DNA of 64,000 nucleotides, from assembly GCA_041650335.1 (NCBI GenBank), contig JBAZLK010000001.1:164940-228939 (forward strand), read 5' to 3'. The stretch is from Patescibacteria group bacterium (lineage in GTDB: Bacteria > Patescibacteriota > Patescibacteriia > JAHIZJ01). A program made the translations under genes and the position numbers. The notes beneath the pieces are model-generated. The model was given only the letters and a program-made list of their open reading frames with translations, was not told the origin of the DNA and did no database searches. Positions 1 through 8,325 of the stretch are shown in pieces. The stretch's first letter is position 1. Every line of letters begins with the position of its first letter.

Positions 1-993
1 CGGTTCAAGGCGGTCTGGGCCGCATCTAGTCCATTCCAGGTGAAGTCGAGCTTGGCCCGGTAGTGAGCCAAGAGGCAATAGTATCGGAAAGCGATTGGAT
101 CATAGCCGCCTTCTTTCAGTGAGTCGAGAGTAATGAAATTGCCGGTTGACTTGGCCATTTTGCCTTCGTACAGCTGAAGGAAATCGCTGTGCAGCCAGTA
201 TTTCACGTACGGTTTTCCGGTCGCGGCCTCAGACTGAGCGATTTCGTTCGTATGATGGACGGGAATATGATCGATGCCGCCGGCATGAAGGTCGAACGTC
301 TCACCCAAGTATTTCATTGCCATGGCCGAGCACTCGATATGCCAGCCGGGAAAGCCGACGCCCCAGGGGGAAGGCCATTCCATCTGGCGCCGCGAGTTTT
401 TCGGCGAAAACTTCCAGAGTGCGAAGTCCGTCGGATTTTTCTTGGCGCTATTCTTCTTTACCCGGGCGCCTTCTTTCAGTCCCTTGACATCGAGCCTGGC
501 TAAATCGCCGTAGTGCGGAAATTTCGAGGTATCAAAGTAGATGCCGTCCGCGGTGGTATACGTAAAGCCCTTCTTTTCCAGCCGCTGGATCAGAACGATT
601 TGTTCGGAGATGTGCTCGGTGGCTTTCGCCCAAATAGTCGGCTCGAGAATATTCAGTTCAATGAGATTTTGTTTGAAGACCTTCGTGTAATATTCAGCGA
701 TCTCGGCGGCTGTTTTCCCTTCGCGCTTGGCGCCGAGTTCCATCTTGTCTTCACCCTCGTCGGCGTCCGAGGTGAGGTGGCCAACATCAGTGATGTTCAT
801 GACGTGCCGAACCGAATATCCGTCAAAAAGCAGAACGCGCTTTAACACGTCTTCAAAGAGATAGGTGCGGAGATTTCCGATATGGGCGTAATTGTAGACG
901 GTTAAGCCGCAGGTATATAAACCAACCCGCTTTTTCGCAAGCGGCGTAAAGGCTTCTTTTTTTCGGGTCAGGGTATTGAAGAGTGTTAGCATC
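1..993 (-). CDS. cysS: Cysteinyl-tRNA synthetase, N-terminal ~330 aa; the 3' end runs off the window
   Basis: Reverse-strand translation from the ATG at 993 gives [49 protein letters not shown]. It contains the class-I HIGN motif, the Cys[12 protein letters not shown] zinc motif and the KMAKS (KMSKS) motif. It is absent from the ORF track because it lacks a stop inside the window. Confidence 0.9.
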
Positions 994-1020
994 GCGCCTA
1001 TAGTGTAGCAATTTTACGCT

Positions 1021-1049
1021 AATAAAAAAAGCCCCCTCGGTGAGGCGGC
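1021..1049 (-). terminator. Rho-independent terminator for the AAA+ gene on the minus strand
   Basis: Minus-strand RNA reads GCCGCCUC-ACC-GAGGGGGC (8-bp GC-rich stem) followed by UUUUUUUAUU. It lies 30 nt downstream of the stop at 1081 and separates the AAA gene from cysS. Confidence 0.6.
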
Positions 1050-1080
1050 AAGATATAAACTCAACCACTGGCGCCAGCGG

Positions 1081-2070
1081 TTACTTCTTTTCGGCGCGTT
1101 GTTCAGCTTCTTCTTTCAAATCCTCTTCCACCGCTTCGGCGTTTTGCTCCCACTCTTCAACCACCTGTTTGACGTCGTTTTTGGTCAGTTGTGGATAGAG
1201 GCCCTGCTGGTATTTCTCGGGGTTGCTTAGGGCGTCGAGCCTGACTTTGGCGGCCGCTTCATCGATAATGTCGATTGCTTTATCCGGAAAGGTCCGTTTG
1301 ACCAGAACGTTCTGGCCGAGTGCGACGGCTTCCTCGATCGCCTCATCGGTAATACCGACTTGATGGTGCTGTTCATAGCGTTGCCGTATCCCTTTCAGGA
1401 TCTCAATCGTCTGTTCGGGGGTTGATTCCTCCACGTGGACAGGTTGAAACCGCCGTTCGAGCGTCTGGTCGTGTTCCAGATATTTACTGTAGTCCTGGCT
1501 GGTCGTGGCGCCGACCACCTGGAGGTCGCCTCGAGCCAGGGCCGGCTTCAGGATATCGGCGGCATTGATTGCGCCCGTAGCCTCGCCGGCTTCTGCCAGG
1601 GTATGAAGCTCGTCGATGAACAGAATAATATTGCGCCGGCTGGCGATAATCTCATCAAGAATGCCCTTCAACCGTTTTTCAAACTCGCCCCGGTATTTGG
1701 TGCCGGCGACCAGGCCGGACAAATCGAGCTGTAATACACGTTTACTCTTCAGCGGTTCAGGCACGTTACCAGAAGCGATTTCGTTTGCCAGTTCTTCGAC
1801 GATCGCGGTCTTGCCAACGCCGGAATCGCCGATTAGGACCGGGTTATTTTTTGTCCGCCGGGACAATATTTGGATCACCCGTTCGATCTGATGTTTTCGG
1901 CCGATCACGGGATCGAGTTTGTCTTGAAGGGCGAGCTGGGTCAGGTCGCGGGCATAGAGATTGAGTAGGGGCGTTTTCCCACCACTAATGCTGCGGCCCT
2001 TGCCCTGGGCAAACCACAAAGCCAAACCAGTGATGATGCCAAAGCCAATGAGGTAGGGGATGAAGTCCAT
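1081..2070 (-). CDS. Membrane-anchored stand-alone AAA+ ATPase resembling ClpA/ClpB/ClpC nucleotide-binding domain 1. It has an N-terminal TM helix, an intact NBD1 and a short fragment of the M-domain; it lacks the N-domain and NBD2.
   Basis: N-terminus [20 protein letters not shown] is hydrophobic. The core aligns along its whole length with ClpB D1 ([40 protein letters not shown]...[10 protein letters not shown]...[17 protein letters not shown]...ERRFQPV). Walker A GDSGVGKT, Walker B IDELH and the ERRF arginine finger are intact. Confidence 0.8.
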   Translation of the reverse strand: MDFIPYLIGFGIITGLALWFAQGKGRSISGGKTPLLNLYARDLTQLALQDKLDPVIGRKHQIERVIQILSRRTKNNPVLIGDSGVGKTAIVEELANEIASGNVPEPLKSKRVLQLDLSGLVAGTKYRGEFEKRLKGILDEIIASRRNIILFIDELHTLAEAGEATGAINAADILKPALARGDLQVVGATTSQDYSKYLEHDQTLERRFQPVHVEESTPEQTIEILKGIRQRYEQHHQVGITDEAIEEAVALGQNVLVKRTFPDKAIDIIDEAAAKVRLDALSNPEKYQQGLYPQLTKNDVKQVVEEWEQNAEAVEEDLKEEAEQRAEKK

Positions 2071-2073
2071 AGA

Positions 2074-3039
2074 TTATTCGAGCATTCGTTTCTTTTTCAT
2101 GTACCAATACATGGCGAGCGCCGAGCCGAAACACAGCGCCAGGGGCAGCCAGAAATTGAAGGTGGCGCCCAAAACCGGAAAGTACCCTTTCATTAAGCCG
2201 AAAATAGAGGCTGAAACGTAGATCGGGAGCACCAGGGCGGAAATCACAGTCAACGTCTTCATGATATCATTTATCCGAAACGAGATTAATGACTCGTTCG
2301 TCTGTTGGAGGGCCTCAATCGTTTCCTTGAAGCCCTGGAGGGTGTCCCAGATGTCCTTGGTGTCGTCGATCAGTTGCTCAAAATATGTCCGGAGGCCGTT
2401 GATACGAAAGACGCTCGGTTCGCGGCTATCGATCATCTTTTTCAGCACGTTTTTGTGCGACTGCATGATCTTCCGGAAATTGGTTATATTCCGTCGGATG
2501 ACCAGTATTTCTCGAACCATGCCTTTTTCATTTCCGGCGAAGATACGCGATTCAATGTTTCCGATATCGATATTCAAATGGTCCAGCATCGGATAACAGT
2601 AGAGGAGGAGAGAATTGATTATTGCGTAGGCCAGCTTCTCCATGCCGTCGCGCATGTATTTATCGCGGGCATCGTCATTAACTGAGCATAAGTCGAACAT
2701 GTCGACGAGCGGGGGAAGGTTATTGTCGTGAACGGTAATGAAATAATCCGGACCGATAAAAAAATCCACCTCAGATGGCCTGATCTCCCGGGTTTTCCGG
2801 TCGAACACAGGGAAGAGGAGGATAAGGAAAATATAGTCGGTATATTTGTCGACGTTTGGGCGCTGGGCGGGCGATAAGCAATCTTCCAGATCGAGCGGGT
2901 GGAATTTGAAATTCTGGCGGAGATACTCGATCTCTTCGTTCGTTGGTTTTACAATATTTATCCAACGAAGCCCATTACAGGTGAGGGTTTTGACGTTCAT
3001 GTTGTGTTTTTGCTTTTGTTTTTGAATTTCACCGAACAT
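2074..3039 (-). CDS. corA: CorA-family divalent-cation channel homolog with a non-canonical pore motif: GMN is replaced by GLM
   Basis: Full CorA architecture. The N-domain has FHPLDLEDCLSPAQRPNVDKY. The C-terminal two-TM region NDIMKTLTVISALVLPIYVSASIFGLMKGYFPVLGATFNFWLPLALCFGSALAMYWYMKKKRML aligns residue for residue with T. maritima CorA ...IAGIYGMNFEYMPEL...KKKKWL, except YGMNFE becomes FGLMKG. It is 3 nt upstream of the AAA gene. Confidence 0.8.
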   Translation of the reverse strand: MFGEIQKQKQKHNMNVKTLTCNGLRWINIVKPTNEEIEYLRQNFKFHPLDLEDCLSPAQRPNVDKYTDYIFLILLFPVFDRKTREIRPSEVDFFIGPDYFITVHDNNLPPLVDMFDLCSVNDDARDKYMRDGMEKLAYAIINSLLLYCYPMLDHLNIDIGNIESRIFAGNEKGMVREILVIRRNITNFRKIMQSHKNVLKKMIDSREPSVFRINGLRTYFEQLIDDTKDIWDTLQGFKETIEALQQTNESLISFRINDIMKTLTVISALVLPIYVSASIFGLMKGYFPVLGATFNFWLPLALCFGSALAMYWYMKKKRMLE

Positions 3040-3043
3040 CTAT

Positions 3044-3072
3044 ATTGTAGCACATTTTTAGGAATATTGCAA
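3044..3072 (-). promoter_or_regulatory. Sigma-70-like promoter for the corA-like/AAA operon. The -10 ends about 5 nt before the ATG, which implies a leaderless or near-leaderless transcript.
   Basis: Minus-strand read: TTGCAA (3067-3072), 17-nt spacer, TACAAT (3044-3049). The ATG complement is at 3037-3039. No Shine-Dalgarno sequence is present. Confidence 0.45.
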
Positions 3073-3151
3073 GCCTTAAAAGGCAAAGTGAGGCGCCGGC
3101 GAAATGGGGTTCGACGGCGCTCATAGGGTGGGAAAAAGGGCGGGGCGGTCT

Positions 3152-3700
3152 TCACGGTTCCTTCAGGCCGCAGTTCGTGGCCTGAAGTTTCACCGGGATC
3201 AGGAATCGTTGGACGATCCGTTCTTCCGGTGGGGTCGGCCCACAGGACGGCTGGTAGATCGCCACCAGCTCGACTTGTCGGTACCCGTCGTAGCGGTTCG
3301 GAACGTTGAACCGGAAACCTTGTCCGAACCTCCGTTCGTTGACGCGAACGGCTTTCGTCCAGCGCTTTGGCTCATCACTGAACCGCCACTCGATCGATTC
3401 TACCTTGTACCCGTACGGGTAGGCAGGCAGGAAGCCGAAGGTGAGCGCGGTTGCGTTCGTGTTGACCTGTTCGGCGATCCATGTCGAGTCAGTCGCGGTG
3501 GTGTCGGCCTCAAGCTTCAGCCGGTAATAGCGCTTCAGCTGGAGGTCGTTCATGACATATAGTGCCGGATTCTCGCGGCACTCGGCGCCGATGAAGTTGA
3601 CCGTCACGCTACGCGGCGTCTTCACCACGTAACACGTACAGCCATTCCCGACGGCGAGGATCGTCGCCAGCAGACAGAGAACGAACAACGTCCGGTACAT
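3152..3700 (-). CDS. Secreted cysteine-containing hypothetical protein with a signal peptide (possibly a lipoprotein)
   Basis: The N-terminus MYRTLFVLCLLATILAVGNGC is a hydrophobic signal. A strong SD GGAGGGA sits 7 nt upstream of the ATG on the minus strand. No recognisable domain. Confidence 0.6.
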   Translation of the reverse strand: MYRTLFVLCLLATILAVGNGCTCYVVKTPRSVTVNFIGAECRENPALYVMNDLQLKRYYRLKLEADTTATDSTWIAEQVNTNATALTFGFLPAYPYGYKVESIEWRFSDEPKRWTKAVRVNERRFGQGFRFNVPNRYDGYRQVELVAIYQPSCGPTPPEERIVQRFLIPVKLQATNCGLKEP

Positions 3701-3797
3701 GGTCTATCCCTCCAATTCATGGTGGTGCTTGCATTCCCTCCTAAGCCTGAAAAACAAGGTATAATAGCACAGGTAAGTAATATTGTCAATGGCTTAA

Positions 3798-3853
3798 GAA
3801 GACTGGAGGATTATCACGTCTTCTTTGCCAAAAGGCAAAAAATATGATATATT
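3798..3853 (+). promoter_or_regulatory. Two adjacent palindromes overlapping a predicted leaderless promoter for the 3861 gene
   Basis: GAAGAC-N14-GTCTTC at 3798-3823 and TTTGCC-AAAA-GGCAAA at 3824-3839. A -35 TTGCCA (3825-3830), 17-nt spacer and -10 TATATT (3848-3853) follow; the ATG is at 3861. Confidence 0.35.
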
Positions 3854-3860
3854 ATAAGTG

Positions 3861-4388
3861 ATGCAATACGGAAATGCCCCAAAAAACGTAGACGTTGAAC
3901 CGGTTCTCCCGGAAAAACAAGTTGATCAACCAGAACGCACTGGCGAACCGGGAAGTATTGAAATAAAACGTCCGGTTGAAAAGAAAGAACAGCCGGTTGA
4001 GGTGCACATCGAACGGCCGAAGGAACTGCCAAAAACCGAAACCGGCGAGCAGCCGCTTTCGTCAGCGCCGCCGCCCGCCGCAGCAACGGTTCCCGTGCCG
4101 GCAAAATCAGAAACTTATCGCCAAATTGAGCAAATATTAGAAGATGACTTGTTCCAGGTGTATCAGGCCATGGACGAGCCGACCAAGCGCCGCTTTCGGG
4201 ACGAGGGTGAAAAAACCACCTCAAAAATTGAGGTTATCCTCCAAGCCACCAAGATACAGGTGAAGAAGATCCTCGATCTGATCAAGAACTGGCTGAAGAT
4301 CATCCCGCGGATAAACAAGCATTTTCTTACACAAGAGGCAAAGATAAAAACCGACCGCATTATTGCCTTAAAAGATAATCAAAAATAA
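3861..4388 (+). CDS. Hypothetical Pro/Glu/Lys-rich protein
   Basis: ORF from the track (GTG at 3858 or ATG at 3861). It lies 7 nt upstream of the ATPase gene, so is probably co-transcribed. No known domain. Confidence 0.5.
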   Translation: MQYGNAPKNVDVEPVLPEKQVDQPERTGEPGSIEIKRPVEKKEQPVEVHIERPKELPKTETGEQPLSSAPPPAAATVPVPAKSETYRQIEQILEDDLFQVYQAMDEPTKRRFRDEGEKTTSKIEVILQATKIQVKKILDLIKNWLKIIPRINKHFLTQEAKIKTDRIIALKDNQK

Positions 4389-4395
4389 ACCACCT

Positions 4396-6945
4396 ATGGT
4401 TTGGCTTTTGGCTGCGACAGTCAGTCTGCCCGAGGCAACAGCGGTGATCGAGAGCGATACCGGCGGTAACGTACTGGTGACCGTGTTTGTGTTGCTAGGG
4501 ATCGTGGCGCTTGTGATGGCGCTTTTTTCCATATTCCGCTGGGCCATGAATAATACCATGCTTATCCCGATGGCTTTCCGGCGAAAAGTCCTGATGATCT
4601 CAGTGCCAAAGGAGCACTTGGAGCTCCAGGAGCAACAGGACAAGCACAAGGGGAACGTCAAGGAACTGATCGCAGTTGCTGAGGCGCTCTATGCAAATCT
4701 CGGCGGTATTGTCCGGATGCAAAAATGGTATTCACGGCTGCTCTACGGCCGGCACGATCATCTCGCCCTGGAAATCGTGGCCGATAAGGGCTTTGTTTCG
4801 TTTATTGTGGCGATACCGTTCCAATATCATGAATTCATTGAGCAGCAGATTCATGCCCAGTATCCCGAAGCCCATGTCGAAGCAATGGAGGACTACAATA
4901 TATTTTCTCCGCACGGCGTCATCAAGATGAACAATCTGAAATTGTCGCGCTCAAACATGTATCCGATCCGGACCTATCAGAAATTGGAGGTTGATCCGAT
5001 GAATGCTATCACGAACGTCTTAAGCAAGATCACGGAGCCGGAAGGGGCCGCCATCCAAATACTCTTTCGACGGGCCGGCCGGGGCTGGCAGCACGCCGCC
5101 CACTCATACGCGCGCAAGGTGATTCAGGGGAAGGGCGGTCAGGCCGGTTCCGGCGCCATGATGGGGGATCTGTGGCGCTCGGCGTTTCCGAGTAAGATGC
5201 AGGATCAGAACGAACAGCAAAAAAAGAATTTTTATAAACTGTCGCCGATCGAAGAGGGTAAAATGAAAGCGGTCAGCGAAAAGGCGGAGAAAATCGGCTT
5301 TGAGGTTAATCTGCGGGTTATTGTTTCAGCGCGTGATATCGACCGAGCGAAGATTTATATGGATAATATTTTGAACTCATTTACGCAATACACTGCCCAT
5401 GAAACGGGTAATAGTTTCCGAAAGGCCAAGGTATATCTGAAACATCGGTTCATCCATGATTTTATCTTCCGGAATTTCCGCCGCCGGAACAGCTTCATCC
5501 TGAATACTGAGGAGTTAACCAGCCTCTGGCATTTGCCGTTGTCTGACACGGAAACGCCGAATATCCGCTGGGCCGCGGCCAAACGCTCGGCCCCGCCCGT
5601 TGATTTGCCGACCGAAGGGCTGATTCTCGGCCGGAGCAGCTACCGCGGCCGCGATCTGCTCGTTCGGATAAAGAAAGACGACCGGCGGCGGCATGTCTAT
5701 GTCATTGGTAAATCCGGTGTCGGTAAATCCGTCTTAATGACGAACATGGCGGTCCAGGACATTAAAAACGGCGAGGGTGTTTGCGTCGTTGATCCTCATG
5801 GCGATTTGATCGAAGACATCCTCGGGCAGATACCGAAAGAACGCAGCGACGACGTCATAATTTTTGATCCGTCCGATACCGAACGCCCAGTCGGCCTGAA
5901 CATGCTCGAAGCACAGACGCCGATGGATCGGGATTTCGCCGTGCAAGAAATGATCAGCATTTTCTACAAGCTTTTCCCGCCGGAAATGATCGGGCCGATG
6001 TTCGAACATAACATGCGCAACGTCATGCTGACGCTGATGGCGGATACGGTCCAGCCCGGCACGATCGTTGAAATTCCGCGCATGTTCACCGATCCGGAAT
6101 ACCAGAAATTCAAACTCCGCAAGGTGACCGATCCGGTGGTGCGGAATTTCTGGGAAAAAGAGATGGCCAAGACGACCGATTTTCATAAATCGGAAATGCT
6201 CGGCTACCTCATTTCGAAAGTTGGCCGTTTCGTCGAGAACGAAATGATGCGGAACATCATCGGCCAGTCGCGCTCCGGCTTTGATTTTGAAGAAATCATG
6301 AACAAGCGGAAAATTCTGCTCGTTAATCTGTCGAAAGGCAAGACCGGCGAGGTCAACAGCTCGCTGCTCGGCTTGATCATCGTTTCAAAGCTCCAGATGG
6401 CGGCGCTCCATCGCGCCAATCTCCCTTCGGAACAGCGGCACGATTTCTATCTCTACATCGACGAATTCCAGAATTTCGTGACCGATAGCGTGGCCACCAT
6501 CTTATCTGAAGCGAGAAAGTACCGTCTGAACCTCATCATCGCGCATCAATACATCAGCCAGTTGGTTCAGAATAACGACACCAAGATACGCGACGCTGTT
6601 CTCGGCAACGCCGGGACGATTATCTCGTTCAAGGTCGGGGTTGAGGACTCGCAAATGGTGGCAAAAATCTATGCGCCCGTCTTTAATGAGTTTGACGTCA
6701 TGAACATCGAGAAATACAACGCCTACGTCAAGCTCCTGATCGACAATCAAACTGGTCGCGCCTTTAACATGCAGACGATTGCGCCGTTGCCGGGCGACCG
6801 GGCGCTGGCGCAACGGATCAAGGAGCTGTCGCGCTTGAAACACGGGCGCGAAAAGAAGGTCGTGGAAACGGAAATAATGGAACGGAGTCAGTTGGGCGCG
6901 CCGGCGGCCCGTCTTGGTGACACCGTTGGGGAACGACACATGTAG
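4396..6945 (+). CDS. Membrane-anchored P-loop NTPase of the VirB4/TraC-HerA-FtsK (AAA_10/DUF87-like) clade. It has an N-terminal TM, a ~380-aa unknown domain and a C-terminal ATPase domain.
   Basis: TM segment NVLVTVFVLLGIVALVMALFSIF. Walker A HVYVIGKSGVGKSVLMTN. Walker B FYLYIDEFQNF followed by SEARKYRLNLIIAHQ, matching the HerA/VirB4 'RKYG..ATQ' signature. ATPase in the C-terminal half of ~850 aa matches VirB4 layout. Confidence 0.6.
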   Translation: MVWLLAATVSLPEATAVIESDTGGNVLVTVFVLLGIVALVMALFSIFRWAMNNTMLIPMAFRRKVLMISVPKEHLELQEQQDKHKGNVKELIAVAEALYANLGGIVRMQKWYSRLLYGRHDHLALEIVADKGFVSFIVAIPFQYHEFIEQQIHAQYPEAHVEAMEDYNIFSPHGVIKMNNLKLSRSNMYPIRTYQKLEVDPMNAITNVLSKITEPEGAAIQILFRRAGRGWQHAAHSYARKVIQGKGGQAGSGAMMGDLWRSAFPSKMQDQNEQQKKNFYKLSPIEEGKMKAVSEKAEKIGFEVNLRVIVSARDIDRAKIYMDNILNSFTQYTAHETGNSFRKAKVYLKHRFIHDFIFRNFRRRNSFILNTEELTSLWHLPLSDTETPNIRWAAAKRSAPPVDLPTEGLILGRSSYRGRDLLVRIKKDDRRRHVYVIGKSGVGKSVLMTNMAVQDIKNGEGVCVVDPHGDLIEDILGQIPKERSDDVIIFDPSDTERPVGLNMLEAQTPMDRDFAVQEMISIFYKLFPPEMIGPMFEHNMRNVMLTLMADTVQPGTIVEIPRMFTDPEYQKFKLRKVTDPVVRNFWEKEMAKTTDFHKSEMLGYLISKVGRFVENEMMRNIIGQSRSGFDFEEIMNKRKILLVNLSKGKTGEVNSSLLGLIIVSKLQMAALHRANLPSEQRHDFYLYIDEFQNFVTDSVATILSEARKYRLNLIIAHQYISQLVQNNDTKIRDAVLGNAGTIISFKVGVEDSQMVAKIYAPVFNEFDVMNIEKYNAYVKLLIDNQTGRAFNMQTIAPLPGDRALAQRIKELSRLKHGREKKVVETEIMERSQLGAPAARLGDTVGERHM

Positions 6946-6980
6946 TCGGGTCATGATTTTTCCGTTATACTAAGGGTGCT

Positions 6981-7502
6981 ATGACACCTCTTATTTTTTT
7001 AGCACTGATTATCATTGTCGCCGTCTCTGCTCTCTGGGCAAGCTTCTCGGCGGCGCCGTGGCTGCCGACACGGGCAAAAGACATCGATCGATTGCTTGAA
7101 CTGGCCAAGCTGTCGCCCGGGAGCCTGGTATATGATTTAGGCTGCGGCGACGCACGGCTGCTCATGCGAGCCGCGCGAAAATATGGCGCGCACGGCGTCG
7201 GGTTTGAGATATCGATTCTGCCATTTTTATGGTCATGGGTCAGGGTAGCGCTGTCAAAAGAACGTGGGCGCATCACAATCAAGTATCGCAATTTCTATCA
7301 GGTTGACCTCGCGGCCGCTGACGCCGTCGTCTGTTTCTTGACGCCGCCGGCGATGATAAAGTTAGAACCAAAACTGCGCCAGGAATTACGGTCGGGCAGT
7401 TGCTTCGTCACGTATTGTTTTAAATTGCCAACCTGGCAACCGACCACGGTCAGTCGGCCGGACAAAAAAGACATACCGATCTACGTCTATACCAAGAATT
7501 GA
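6981..7502 (+). CDS. Small class I SAM-dependent methyltransferase with an N-terminal TM helix
   Basis: Motif I LVYDLGCGDARLL, motif post-I GVGFE; hydrophobic N-terminus LIFLALIIIVAVSALWA. Confidence 0.65.
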   Translation: MTPLIFLALIIIVAVSALWASFSAAPWLPTRAKDIDRLLELAKLSPGSLVYDLGCGDARLLMRAARKYGAHGVGFEISILPFLWSWVRVALSKERGRITIKYRNFYQVDLAAADAVVCFLTPPAMIKLEPKLRQELRSGSCFVTYCFKLPTWQPTTVSRPDKKDIPIYVYTKN

Positions 7503-7586
7503 CGCGGAACCGGCCATGTTGTATACTATGATTTGATAATAAACAAAGCAAACATAAACGAAATAATACACTAAAAAAGAAGACAA

Positions 7587-8198
7587 ATGCCTGACGAAAT
7601 AACACGACTCGCGAAAATAAAAGAAGCAATTGAAAACGCTCAAGCCAATCTCCAGATCGCCCGGCAACTGATTGCCGAGATCGGCGGAAAGGAACTGGAT
7701 GAGCAACTCGCCCTGAATATCAAGGTTGAGGGCAAAGTGGCTGAAGGGCCGGAAGGAAAAATAATCGAGGGCCAGTTTGACGGGCAGAATATGCTTGGAC
7801 CTGACGGGAAACAGTATTCGGTGCCGGCCAATTATGCTTCAAAGTCAAAGCTAGTCGAAGGCGATACGTTAAAACTTACGATCACGCCAGACGGATCGTT
7901 TGTCTATAAGCAGATCGGACCAATCGAGCGCCAACGCTTGATTGGCGTATTAACGCGCGATGAAGAAACGAACGAATTCCGCGTCTTGGCAAACAATAAA
8001 AGCTACCGCGTCTTGCTGGCCAGCATCACGTATTTCAAAGGCGAGCCGGGTGATGAAGTTGTGATCCTGGTGCCGAAAGAAAAAGACAGCCGTTGGGCAG
8101 CGGTTGAGAACATCATCAAAAAAACAGCCTCGGCCGGTCTCCAGACTGAGACGCCGCCGAACCCTGTTGGCCCGGATGAAATGAAGGATTTGACCTAG
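7587..8198 (+). CDS. Hypothetical protein
   Basis: ORF of 203 aa with a coiled-coil-like N-terminus, followed by a clear intrinsic terminator. No recognisable domain. Confidence 0.5.
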   Translation: MPDEITRLAKIKEAIENAQANLQIARQLIAEIGGKELDEQLALNIKVEGKVAEGPEGKIIEGQFDGQNMLGPDGKQYSVPANYASKSKLVEGDTLKLTITPDGSFVYKQIGPIERQRLIGVLTRDEETNEFRVLANNKSYRVLLASITYFKGEPGDEVVILVPKEKDSRWAAVENIIKKTASAGLQTETPPNPVGPDEMKDLT

Positions 8199-8220
8199 AA
8201 ATCGCATCATAACGTATATC

Positions 8221-8260
8221 AGACAGCCAAGACGTCAGGTCGGCTGTCTTTCGTTTCACT
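8221..8260 (+). terminator. Rho-independent terminator
   Basis: AGACAGCC-(13-nt loop)-GGCTGTCT perfect 8-bp stem followed by TTCGTTTCACT, 22 nt after the stop at 8198. Confidence 0.6.
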
Positions 8261-8266
8261 CGTCTT

Positions 8267-8295
8267 TTGCCAAAACAGGTCTTTATTGCTAAGAT
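8267..8295 (+). promoter_or_regulatory. Putative sigma-70 promoter for dnaX
   Basis: TTGCCA (8267-8272), 17-nt spacer, TAAGAT (8290-8295); ATG at 8326. Confidence 0.3.
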
Positions 8296-8325
8296 AGGGA
8301 AGGACAATTTCATAACGATCACCCC

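Noticed and set aside
146-845. Three plus-strand ORFs (113, 104, 110 aa) at the left end
   Set aside because: They lie antisense to the clearly identifiable cysS ([17 protein letters not shown] motifs) on the minus strand.
3104-3562. 152-aa plus-strand ORF overlapping the minus-strand secreted protein gene
   Set aside because: The minus-strand ORF has a signal peptide and a strong SD. The plus-strand ORF is Arg/Gly-rich with no features.
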